64,000 bases of DNA. It comes from Amphiscolops sp. MND2022 (lineage: Eukaryota). The DNA is taken from the NCBI GenBank assembly GCA_964187785.1, contig OZ076413.1, positions 42,224,001 to 42,288,000 on the forward strand, written 5' to 3'. Made by a program: the position numbers and the translations under genes. Positions 28,956-41,136 of the stretch are shown here, one piece after another (within the stretch, counting starts at the first letter, position 1; each line of letters begins with the position of its first letter). Under the pieces are notes generated by a model that saw only the letters and a list, made by a program, of their open reading frames with translations, was not told the DNA's origin and ran no database searches.

Positions 28956-29680
28956 CTAAATATTCGAATACCTCAACAGGAATTCCTCAACTCGGAAGGC
29001 TCGAGGCTCAATAGACTCTATCTCTAGTTTTTAATAGACTCTATCGTGGTACCGTGGAAAATCCCAGAAACACCCGCAGTGCGAAAATTATCCAGAGGGG
29101 GCTCCTTCAAGCTCAAAAAATTTTGAAAAAGTTGAGTTATTTTGAGATGAAAACTTCAAGCACCTTGACGAAATAAAAAACCATAAGAGAGAACTTCCTT
29201 ATCTTAAGCCTATTGTAGAACTTTTTGGGTCATTTCGATTGGATTGGAAAAAAAGCGACAGAAAACCGCTAAAATAGTTGCGTTTTATTTCAAAAAGCGC
29301 CGACTAAAAAACTGGAGCATTGCTCACACTAGCGGTGTACCTGATAGCAAGTTTAATCCGGTTTTCATGCAGAGTTGGCTATCCAGTATCCGAAACCAGC
29401 ACGATAAGTATATCAGCAAATGATCTCATAGCTCGGGATGTTTAAAACGTCCAAAATTGGACAGGAAATTAAAAGTCAAGATGAAGAAACTAGAGGCAAA
29501 ATAACTTTGCCCACAACCGAGGAACCTGTTAAATCGACAATTGATTGTCAGCAGTGAATTAGGTTCCACAAAAAACGCTTATTGGTTGCTGCGCTTATGA
29601 CTGGCTGGTTTACGCTCAAGAGGCGCTTTCTGGAAGAAAACATTGGCTTAGCGAATTTTAAGTTTTCAACAGCTGCAATT

Positions 29681-30172
29681 TTTTAGTCGGTGCTTCATGA
29701 AGTGAAACGCGACTATTATAGTGGCTCTTTTTTTCTATCACCACGAACTGACCAAAGTAGTTCTTAAAAGTTCTACAAAATATTATTGCACCAAATTGCA
29801 CCATTTGGCCTAGCGAACTGAACCAAAAAGGTTTTTCCTGTTTTCCCGCGTAACATACCGTACCGGGCGAGACCAAAGGGTACCCCTTCAATTTTTTTCG
29901 GCACTGCGAGACTTTTTTCGGAAATTTTTCCCCCAAAGGGTCCCCCTTCAATTTTTCTGCTGTTTTGCGACAGAATGGATGTTGGAAAATCCCAAATCAG
30001 CCCGGCGCGCCACTCAGTCCATTTTTTTGGTTCTTCAAAAAAAATCGAAAATTTTCCGATTTTTTTCCTTTTTTCATGCGGGTACTGTAGAAGAGAATAC
30101 TTGACACTGGGAAGTCCTTTTGCTATTTTTGAGCCTTGGATATGGCGCCGACTTGGGCCGGACCCGGTTTGT
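29681..30172 (-). repeat. Short interspersed repeat family with an ACAAGACGGGAACGTC-like end (other copies ~25700-26045, ~35560-35909, ~37125-37473, 62363-62860)
   Basis: Shared ttgagcct..ggcgccgactt..cccgtcttgtt end and repeated aaagggtcccc motifs. Confidence 0.6.
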
Positions 30173-31899
30173 TTTTACAACATCTTCAAGAAAGAGTAAT
30201 CCTCACAATCGAATTTATTATTTCTGAACAATATATTGTCAATTCATGATATTATTCTTTTATTCAATAAAAAATTAATTGATATTTATTGATATTATTC
30301 AAAATAAAAAATTGATAACGTACATATGTGGTTTTGATCCCTGTCGTGAGCAACATCAAGAAAAGTTGTAACAAATAGTCTATACGAAGTTGAAACTTTA
30401 TCAAACCGAAAACAGTAGTTTATGGAACACCGATCTTGAATTATTGAACTAAAAACGAAGTTTGGACCATGTGCCTTATCCTCCCTCAGATAAATACTGT
30501 TTCTTATCCAACAACACCCCCCCCATCCAAGACTTCCCAAACAAATGAAAGTAGGTCTCATAATGAAGGGGCGGTTGCTTCATTGAACTTGGTAATTTTG
30601 GTCCCTGTCGTGAGCACTTCCTGTAGTCAGATTTACTGTTTATGCGATTTGATACTGTGTAGGCGAATCAAGCAGTGTAGTTACGAGTCGGCGTGTGTAG
30701 CTCACCAGTAAAAACCCGTAATTGCCAGAACTATGTGTAAATATGAGATGCACAGTGTAGTTAGTCAAATTGCTTAAACTAGTCATATGGTGTAAGCTAG
30801 TCAATTACTGTACTATCCAATGGTGTAAACTAGTCAACGTACGTAGCAAAATCAACGAGTGTAACGGCCTATCAATGCGCGTAATGTGAGAAAAGTGTAA
30901 AACTTCCAAAAAAAATATTCGCGCTCTGATTGGACAAAAATCGAACTAGCAGGATCCTGCTAGTTCGTACCGGCATGTGTATCGTAATGTTATTGGTTTT
31001 TCAAACAACGTGTTTTTTTGTTGTTTCATTTTTTGTGTGTTTTTAAGATAATTCCAACAAAAAATGCAGTTATCCCTTCAAATTTGCTTACTGGAGATAC
31101 CCGAACTAGTCGATGTTGAGTTTTGTAAACCATTCAATGCAAGGAAGGTACTCAGAAGTTTTTTTAAAAAGCGGCCTAAAAAGGTTTAAAAAACATGAAA
31201 ATTCTCATGTTTTCCAATGTTTGGGTCTTGCTGAGGAACCTTTCGTCCAAAAATTAGGCCATTTTTTTCGAAAAGCGTGCTTCGGACCTAGTTTTATCAT
31301 CCGGAGTTTCTTCAAGCTTTTATTTCATCGAATTTTCCAATCTCAAATAAAAGTTTACTGAAAATGTCAGAAAGCGACAAAATTTCGACAATTTCGACAT
31401 TTTGCGGTAAAATTTGAGCTGTTTTTTAACTGAATTCTGCATTTATTCCTCTGAACGCCTATTGGATTCTGAGTTCAGTCTTTGTTGAACGTTTGCCAAC
31501 CTTCTGACTCCAAACCGTGTAAAAAAACACAAGTTGCACGAAAACAAATTGTTGGAATATTTCGACAGCTTTGGAGTCATTCTGAAGTGTTTTTGAAGCA
31601 AAACGCTGCAGCGTTCTCTTCAAAAAAAAGTAACGCACAGCTCGCTCTAACGTTGCTGAGTTGATTGTGTTGGAACTTACAACGAAATCTTTCGGAAAAT
31701 GTACAGAAATTGCTTCAAAAACGACAAAAAACTTCTAATTTTTTGGCAGTTCAGGGTTCATTTGAGAAAATTTTTTTCACAATATGAACTAATCTCGTGA
31801 CGAAAGCTCACCGATACAACAAATTAGCCTGTGTTTTAGGCGTTTTAACATTCTAATCCACGAACTTTATCGATATTTTCACAAAAATTGAACAAAAAT

Positions 31900-33050
31900 A
31901 TTGAAAATTGGAAAAATTTCGAAATTTTGTCTTCTTCGATGTCAATTCCGGACAGCTTTCGTTTAAAAATTGTATTCATCTCTTTTCTAAGCCTACTGGA
32001 CAACACAGTCTTTCCTTGTTGACCCGTTCCAACGTTACAATTGACGAAGTCTATCGAAAATTTGGGAAAAATGCATAAAATCTTTGAAAATTAAAAACTT
32101 TGGAATTTTTGTCATTTTCGGTATCAATTTGAAACATTTTCAATCGGAACATTGCAATTATCTCTTCATAAAAGACTACTGGACAACCAATTTTTCCTTG
32201 TTGACATTTCAAAACATTCCAATCTACGAAGTCTGTCGAAACTTTAACAAAAAATGCATAAACCTCTGAAAATTGAAAACGTTGGGTTTTTGTCGTTTTT
32301 CGGTGTCATTTTGAGATATTTTCTCTTAGAAAACTGCAATAAACTGTTAGGAAAAGCCTACTGGACAACACATTCTCGCCTTGTTGAACCGTTTCAACGT
32401 TCCAATTGTTGAAGTATGTCAAAAATTTGAACAAAAATTGCATAAAAGATTCGAAAGCTGAAAAAATTTCGAATTTTTGTCTTTTTCGGTGTCAATTTGA
32501 CACATTTTCATTCAGAACAATGCAATTATCTCTTCATACAAGACTACTGGACAATGAACCTTTTCCTTGTTGACACTTCAAATCATTCCAATCCACGAAA
32601 TCTGTCGAAAATTTGAGTAAAAATGCGTAAAAACTTTTTTGCAAAATGGAAAAATTTTAGATTTTTGTCATTTTCGGTGTCAATTTGAGATTCTTTCATT
32701 TGGAAAGCAGCAATTATCTTTTCGGAAAATCCTACTGGACAACAAAGTAGTGCCATGATGAGCGTTGTACACTTTCTAATCCACGGAGTCTATCGAAAAT
32801 CAGACAAAAATTGCATAAAAGCGTTAAAAATCGGGAATCTTTTGGTATCAATTTGAGATCTTTCTCTTTTGAAAAACAGCAATTATCTCTTCATAGAAGA
32901 CTATTAGACAACGATTTCGTGCCTTGTTGAACGTTTTCAACATTCTAATTTACGATATCTATCAAAAAATCGACAAAAACTGCCTCAAAACATAAAAAAT
33001 TGGAAAACTTCTCAATTTTTTGGTCATTTTTGGGTCATTCTGGGGTCCTT
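31900..33050 (+). repeat. Tandem array of about six ~170-190-bp units
   Basis: ctactggacaac recurs at ~31993, 32177, 32358, 32544, 32732 and 32901. Confidence 0.8.
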
Positions 33051-34415
33051 GGGGTCAACTAAAAAGTCCATGAATCTCCACAAATACAAATCGCACAAAG
33101 ATAAACTTATGTGAGTTGAATTTCATGGGTAACGCCCTTGAAGTTGAAAATAAATTTGGTGCTTGGCAAATTTTGTAAGAAAGAACCCGTTTGATTTAAA
33201 TATTTTCCTTTCCAATATGAATATGGACGGAAAATAACAATCAAATGCCTCAACGTTCTTGCCAACAAAGAAAGCGTAAAAATCATGTCAAAAGGCTTTC
33301 CTGTTGATCTGCTTATAATAAAAAGGTGGCTTGTTCAAACAATAGGCTTCCCGGATTGAAGCTCTCGACGGCACATTAGATGGTAAAAAAAATCAAAAAT
33401 TGACTCTGTCATTTGTTTCAATTGTTGAACGTTTCTTCAGGAAACTTAAGATGTTTCTGTAGTGATACTTACCAGACTTTGGCAGAGGAACTTGAAGTTT
33501 TCTATAGCCTTAAATGAACCACATAACGTTCAGCGAGTTAGACAAAAACCAATAGCTACTCGGCAAGTGAAATTTGGAACTAATGAATGTTTTTAATTCA
33601 AAAATGGCGTATTATGAACCAAAAAGTTTCAAAGTCGTTTGTTTTGGAGAGCAGGATGTAGTGGATATCGCATTTGACATTTACGGGATTTGGGTCCGGT
33701 ATCAAGTTTGAAACTACTCTTTCATCTCACCATTTTGGTCCTTGAGCAAGCTCATCGTTCCAAGCTTAGTGGTATGTTCGATGGTAAATCTCTTCCACGG
33801 TGTGTCAGCAGGTGATAAGACGCGATTCTAACGTTCCAGCGCTCTCATTGGGTTACCAATATTGGCGCTAATTATTTCGGTCACGTGTACAATTACTGGA
33901 GGGCTACTACTAAAAAGTTCGAGCCAAAAATTTCTATCAACCAATTTACATGAGTATGGAAAAAATATGGCGAAAAGTAAAATAGATGTAAAAGTGATGA
34001 TTTGCAACTAGTGGGGGCCGGAAGTATAGTAAATCGAATGGACGATGAATCGCTGCGAGGAAAGACATGAGATTAGAGTAGCTTCCAACAAACGATCTAA
34101 AACGATGAATTGCTGTGAGCAAAAAATTAGTCACTGCCCTAGTTGAGACTGCTGGAACTTTTTACATGCTGCAGGCCTGCATGCAGGGTTATTTTTTATA
34201 ACACCTAGAAAATTCAGTAAGTTTCCGGTGGTAAATCTTGTAGAATTACACTGCATTTTCCACTACTGCAATTAAATTTGAAAATATTTCCCAATTCTTT
34301 TACGGACACGATCACGTTGTATTCACACATTGATTTCTCAAATACTCATCTGATTTAATCACCGCTTCTCAAGTAGGACGCTGAAGATGACGCTAGTTTG
34401 TTGTTTACATTGTGG

Positions 34416-37400
34416 TTGAAGTTAATTTGCATTAAATTGGCGGCAAATTTGTCAACGTCTCAGGTACATTTAAAATTAGAACTGATCCATATTGAAACTT
34501 GCAGACCTTCACAGCTTGACATTGCCGCCAAAACTTTCATAATTCTTTAAAGCAGCTTGATAAAAGTTGGTGACAGCAGGGAAATATTTTCGCATTAAAG
34601 TTTCCGTAACATTTTTAGAAAATCATAATAAAAGTTGCTGGCAACATTAAAGTACATGTAAAAAGTTCAAGCATGTTCAACAAACGTGGAGAAATGAAAT
34701 TCATCGTTCAGACATCGTTTCCACTGTTTATGCGTATAGATCAGTAAATGTTCAATGAATAGATGCGAAAATGATGGATAAAACTCGTCTTCTTATCATT
34801 TCTCACATCTGACGATGGAAAATTGATGAACTCTCTATCTTCACCTGTTTCGACATTAGTTCTCCAAGGGATGGAAGGTCGATCACGAATCTGTTTTCTC
34901 GTTTGATTTACCACGTATTCAACAAAGAGCTGATCTTCATCGGGAAACAGATTGAAGATAGGAATCAAGTTACGACAGTTAGCCTGATGCTTAACTGGAT
35001 GTCGTGTATCTTTCTTTCATCTTTATTCCTGTTTTTGCTCATTTATGTTTTTTTCTTTTCGTGACTTGAATTCTGCATGCATTTTCCATAAATATCCAAG
35101 CAGTTGATGCACAATAGTGATTCAGGAGGCTAATAAACAAATGACTAAATACCATAGATTTAAGGGAGATGGGATATATAGATAAGTATCGTAGTGTTGC
35201 CCACAACCATTTATAGAATTATTTGGCTTCATTTTCCCCATAGATGAAGTGTACCTTGTATAAGTTTCATAGATCCACATTTGCATCATGCTTACATGCC
35301 ACGAACGCATATATTTGTTGGCAAATGTTTGTTGGTTACGCTGGAGCCTTTGAAAACGTATCGTTATTCAAGCAATTCAATGCTGAACTTATCCCAGTTC
35401 TCAAGCGGGTCTCTTTTTAGTCGACGCTTTTATTAATAAAAGAGCCCGACTTTTACAAACACTCGTTTTTTCCTTTTTTTAAAGACGGACTCGAAGCGAC
35501 GAAATTTTTGTTCTGTTTGTTCATTCAAACGAATACTGGGGAAACGCATCTAAGTTAACCAAAAAGGTCCCACTTTCAGTTTTTACTTTTTAAACTTAAC
35601 ATACAAAACCGGATGAGACTGAAAGGTCCCCTTTTTCAATTTTTTTTTTGGCGCTGTGAGATTTTTTTTGATTTTATTTCTCTTCAAAGGGTCCCCCCTT
35701 CGATAATATTGAAGTCTCACCTCGTAATATCCGGAGTTAAGCGCTATATCCGAACTTCTGACGTTATATCCGAAATATATTGCGTTTTTGCAAGGAGGAT
35801 GCGAAGGTCCGAAAACAGGAGTTTTTCATGAAAACGTGCTACGCATATTTCAAATCTGCGCTTTTTGAGCCTCAGATGTAGCGTCGACTTTAGACTCTCC
35901 CGTCTTGTTCTTTCTGCACGGAGATTCTTGTCGACATTACAAGATGAAAAGTTTGATTATAAACAGTTCATTCTGATACATTGAAGTTAATTTGCATTAA
36001 ATTGGCGGCAAATTTGTCAACGTCTCAGGTACATTTAAAATTAGAACTGATCCATATTGAAACTTGCAGACCTTCACAGCTTGACATTGCCGCCAAAACT
36101 TTCATAATTCTTTAAAGCAGCTTGATAAAAGTTGGTGACAGCAGGGAAATATTTTCGCATTAAAGTTTCCGTAACATTTTTAGAAAATCATAATAAAAGT
36201 TGCTGGCAACATTAAAGTACATGTAAAAAGTTCAAGCATGTTCAACAAACGTGGAGAAATGAAATTCATCGTTCAGACATCGTTTCCACTGTTTATGCGT
36301 ATAGATCAGTAAATGTTCAATGAATAGATGCGAAAATGATGGATAAAACTCGTCTTCTTATCATTTCTCACATCTGACGATGGAAAATTGATGAACTCTC
36401 TATCTTCACCTGTTTCGACATTAGTTCTCCAAGGGATGGAAGGTCGATCACGAATCTGTTTTCTCGTTTGATTTACCACGTATTCAACAAAGAGCTGATC
36501 TTCATCGGGAAACAGATTGAAGATAGGAATCAAGTTACGACAGTTAGCCTGATGCTTAACTGGATGTCGTGTATCTTTCTTTCATCTTTATTCCTGTTTT
36601 TGCTCATTTATGTTTTTTTCTTTTCGTGACTTGAATTCTGCATGCATTTTCCATAAATATCCAAGCAGTTGATGCACAATAGTGATTCAGGAGGCTAATA
36701 AACAAATGACTAAATACCATAGATTTAAGGGAGATGGGATATATAGATAAGTATCGTAGTGTTGCCCACAACCATTTATAGAATTATTTGGCTTCATTTT
36801 CCCCATAGATGAAGTGTACCTTGTATAAGTTTCATAGATCCACATTTGCATCATGCTTACATGCCACGAACGCATATATTTGTTGGCAAATGTTTGTTGG
36901 TTACGCTGGAGCCTTTGAAAACGTATCGTTATTCAAGCAATTCAATGCTGAACTTATCCCAGTTCTCAAGCGGGTCTCTTTTTAGTCGACGCTTTTATTA
37001 ATAAAAGAGCCCGACTTTTACAAACACTCGTTTTTTCCTTTTTTTAAAGACGGACTCGAAGCGACGAAATTTTTGTTCTGTTTGTTCATTCAAACGAATA
37101 CTGGGGAAACGCATCTAAGTTAACCAAAAAGGTCCCACTTTCAGTTTTTACTTTTTAAACTTAACATACAAAACCGGATGAGACTGAAAGGTCCCCTTTT
37201 TCAATTTTTTTTTGGCGCTGTGAGATTTTTTTTGATTTTATTTCTCTTCAAAGGGTCCCCCCTTCGATAATATTGAAGTCTCACCTCGTAATATCCGGAG
37301 TTAAGCGCTATATCCGAACTTCTGACGTTATATCCGAAATATATTGCGTTTTTGCAAGGAGGATGCGAAGGTCCGAAAACAGGAGTTTTTCATGAAAACG

Positions 37401-37541
37401 TGCTACGCATATTTCAAATCTGCGCTTTTTGAGCCTCAGATGTAGCGTCGACTTTAGACTCTCCCGTCTTGTTCTTTCTGCACGGAGATTCTTGTCGACA
37501 TTACAAGATGAAAAGTTTGATTATAAACAGTTCATTCTGAT
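34416..37541. repeat. Near-perfect 1.56-kb direct tandem duplication (34416-35977 / 35981-37541)
   Basis: Identical ORF-track entries are offset by 1565 nt. The only difference noticed is one T in a homopolymer. Confidence 0.95.
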
Positions 37542-37917
37542 TCGAGAAGTTTCTTCAACTTTTTTTTTCAAATTGAACAAAGCAACAAATCCATTCGGTG
37601 GCCACGTTCTATTTCTTTTTGTCATCCTTTTCCTCGATGCTTTTTTTACAAATGAAACGAGACCAAAATTTATAGCAGCTTTTGTCGGTTTTCATTTTTT
37701 TAATTTAACCTACACAAACAAACAAAAATAGTTCTACGAAAGTTCTGCAAAATCTTGAAGTCTTGAAGTTTACCATTTGGACCAGCACGCTATATCCAAA
37801 ATCTACTCGCTATATCCAACCTATATCCAGTCGGTTGCCTTTTACTGAGGAGGAGAAGTCGTTCGAAATTATTGCGCTAAATTTGAATTCATGACGTTAT
37901 ATCCCAAGGAAATCGCG

Positions 37918-38099
37918 TGGGGGAGCAATAATAACATCTAAGGAATAACGTCTAAGGAATAACGTCTAAGGAATAACGTCTAAAGCCAAGTCGTGCTCAG
38001 TCATCCCCATCTTCTTACATTGGAGTTTACGCGTTATTCCTTAGACGTTATTCCCGAAGCACTTTTAGACGTTATTCATTAGACGCTATTCGTGTCCCT
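37918..38099. mobile_element. Small MITE with inverted 15-bp subterminal repeats
   Basis: (aataacgtctaagg)n on the left and (ttagacgttatt)n on the right; GGG..CCC-like ends. Confidence 0.6.
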
Positions 38100-38521
38100 A
38101 AATTGCGTTTTACTAATGAGGAGGTGGATGTGCAATGATACTGCGCTACATCCGAAGTTTTGACGTTATATCTGAAGTAAGTTGTGCTCTACTAAGGAGG
38201 AGGCGGAGATTCGAACCTTATAAGAGGATCCTTGACGCTTTTAAGTACTTTAGCTCTTTTTGAGCCTTTAGCGGGGATTATGCCGTTCCCTCTTTGTTTA
38301 CTGTTTCATTACTTACGCAGTTTTCGTTAGAAAGAATTTTATATCCTAAACAACCCAAATTCTCAATTCTAGGTAAAATTCTCATTTTCTGGCGAGCTTT
38401 AATAGTTGTGATGGCAGTAGCAAACTACTTGCAACCAGTAGTTTCCTTTGTTTCAAAAGGCTTCTTGGACACTTCATTATGAAGCAATAACTTACAAGAT
38501 GGTGTAAACCAGGTTTCCAAG

Positions 38522-40099
38522 TGTCGCGTTATGACTAACGCTTTAACAAACATAATTAGGTGCTAAAGTGCAGTTTATATTTAATTAACAAATAAAGAAA
38601 CAAACATGAACTAGAACTAACGTTTGTTTATGGGGGAGAAAGTTGTAGATGAAGATGGCGGCCATAAGGCGGCGGCCATAACGATGGTAATAATGATGAT
38701 GAAGTACTGTGACGAGAAAGGAATTGCACAAGTGAAGAATTCTATATTATACCGCGTATATTTGAAATATGAAACCAACTATGATTGGTGAAAGATAAGC
38801 CATGCCTGCTACGCAGCGCACGATAAGAAATGCTTGGCTGTATATATACGGCCAACGCAGGCGAGGAGATTCATACACTTATTGAAACGGACAGAGCTTA
38901 AACTTAAAAGCTCTCGTTTCTCTTCACTTCTCTTCCACTTCTCTCCCCTCACCCCTGCTCTTCTTTCTTACTTTACCCCCTTTCCTCTCCCTTTACTATT
39001 ATCTTCCCCTTCAGACTTAGAAAGTCTATTTCTCGCCTTCACATTTCAATTCAGATTTCTATTTAACTCAACAAAACTTCTTGCTTTATAACTCAGATCC
39101 AATGATTCTCTTTTAATCCTACCCTTGCATCTTAGAATATTTCTCCACTCATCCTTGATTTAACTTCAACTTCCAGAACCAATCTTCCCTTACAAGAAAT
39201 TTCTAACTTAGAAATTTCTCTTCAATTTCGTCTCCGGTTTGGTGAGTCTGACTATTTAGACCTTTCAGTAGAGATTTCACTCTCTCTGAAACTTCAACTT
39301 TAGCTATTTTCCGCTGATTTCAATTCTGCGGTTGACAAAACTTTGACTTTAACTATTTTCCGCCGATATCAATTCTGCGGTTGACAAAACTTCAAATTTA
39401 GCTATTTTCCGCTGATTTCAATTCTGCGGTTGACAAAACTTTAACTTTGATTATTTTCATTAGAACTAAATAGTTCTATAAGGTTGACGTTACATAAACG
39501 CACATAAGAAAAGGGATGATTGAAATTTTAAAGTGTTATATTATGAAAAAGTCTTAATGCTATTCAACTTTCTACTGAATAGAGACATCTAAATCAAAAC
39601 TCTTCCGTTTAAAATAGTACGGATTTGTAAATTTTGTTTGAGAAAAAAATTTCCGAAGAAAAAAGGAAATTCTTATTATTTGTAAATAGTTTCATTTTCT
39701 TAAATGATAAATTGTAAAAGTTATATTACTTCTTCTTGTAAAGTGAAGTTGTAATCTTTATTAATCTGAGATTTGTAACAATTGAAAGAAATATTGCTAT
39801 GTCCAGAAATTGTTCACTTTCAATATTCTCAACTCATTCGTAATTAAACATATTTATTCACCATACATTTTCAGTAAACGGGAAGCTCATTTACAAACAC
39901 TGCCTTGCGCGACTCACGCGATTTCCTTTGTTCGCACGTACACGCAAGGCACCCCTTATCGGTACGATGCAAATTTATTTGTTGGGACTTATACTGGTTA
40001 AATCAATACCAGAACGGTCGCTAGATAGTACCTTGTAAAATGCAAACAAGGACTTGTCAGATTAAAACTAATAAACAAATTTCACCCATGAGTGCGACA
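38522..40099 (+). repeat. 5' LTR
   Basis: Direct repeat of 54835-56412. TATA-like tatatata at ~38840, splice donor G|GTGAGT at 39241/39242, 49-bp tandem repeat at 39289-39459, ATTAAA at 39843. Confidence 0.98.
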
Positions 40100-40102
40100 A
40101 AC

Positions 40103-40120
40103 TGGTGCGACCAGTGAGGC
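40103..40120 (+). promoter_or_regulatory. Primer-binding site
   Basis: TGGTGCGACCAGTGAGGC lies 3 nt after the LTR. Its complement GCCTCACTGGTCGCACCA has the form of a tRNA 3' end; the CCTCAC T-stem recalls elongator Met or Ile(UAU) tRNAs, but the identity is unconfirmed. Confidence 0.85.
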
Positions 40121-41136
40121 AACTTTTTCTCTTGTAATAGAGAAGTAAATGAGCTATCTGTTAGAATCCCTACTCTCAGAAGTAAGGGTTACTTACTTAT
40201 TTCTCTTAACATTACTTCTAATTTTCTTCTTTCTCCTACTGCCTCAATATGTGGCTTCTCTAATCTATATAAATCGTAAAACTGCTAGTAAATACTCTAA
40301 CAGAATCTCTCCAGCCTAACAGCTTTGGGAAGAGTTTATGAACTACTCTCTTTCTTTCAATCCCCAAAACCATTTGTTAGAAATGATTTACCTTTACGAA
40401 AATACTATGAGATTACCATCAGTCCTAAACAAGAATGAAACTGACTCTATACGCTTTATTTAAAGGCACAGTTGGGAAATTCACTCTAGTCCGGACGGAC
40501 ACAAATTAAGTAAAAGCCCGCCTAGGTCTCCTCGGAGGCTGTTTGAAGGCCGTGAGCCCAGTGGGTATCTTGGAACCTATGTAGCATTCCGAGTGGGAAC
40601 CCTAGTATTCTAGTGATAGTACCCAAGTGATTGCATGATAGTGATCTGGGCCCCACGCACTTAATCCTAAAGACGAGAGTAACTCCCTCTGTGAACTAGC
40701 CGTAGTTATTTTCCTAAAGTTAAAGAAAGGCTCAACGAGCGGATGAAAGACCTAGTGGACTGACTGTACTCTTCATAGGTTTTCTTTGGGTTAACTCGGA
40801 GGATTGGTATACCCCGAACTACCCTTTTTACGATAATCTCAACACTACTGGGATTTGTAAGTATCCCCTAAACTGTGGAATCAGAGTACGAAATATAGGA
40901 AATGAGCCTAACTTCGACCGAGAAGTGCTATTTTCATTTTTGCTAGCAGCGTATTAAGGATTTTATGATTTGTCAGACCTGTCTAATAATTATCACTATT
41001 AGAATCATAGTACAAACAATTTTTACTTTAACTCTTTGCTGTTATTCTCAAAAGCCAAGAGTATCATACCTCATAGAGTCTTTGGCTTATTGTTCTTTGC
41101 TTCATCTTCTATCCTTTATAATCTCAATAGCTCACA

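Larger units (their letters stand above)
18744..30989. mobile_element. 12.2-kb TIR-bounded composite DNA transposon-like insertion (CA..TG ends, probable TT TSD); no transposase seen
   Basis: cattacgatacacgtaccggta (18744-18765) matches the reverse complement of 30968-30989 at 20/22. Subterminal agttagtcaa repeats lie at both ends, and the interrupted repeat resumes on the other side. Confidence 0.7.
17457..33237 (+). mobile_element. Helitron/Helentron-like non-autonomous element split by a 12.2-kb insertion
   Basis: 5' end AACAAGACGCCCGCTGA. The 3' terminal hairpin tattttcc..ccaatatgaatatggacggaaaataa is shared with the copy ending at 22568. Sequence left of 18744 continues right of 30989 when compared with the copy at 11770-11920. 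Confidence 0.55.

Noticed and set aside
34741..35310. Duplicated minus-strand ORFs as functional genes
   Set aside because: Short, interrupted by stops in all frames and with no recognisable domain; probably a decayed coding relic.
38834..40001. LTR ORFs 38834-39091 and 39810-40001 (and their 3' LTR copies) as genes
   Set aside because: TTG starts and low-complexity translations; their identity between copies only reflects LTR duplication.
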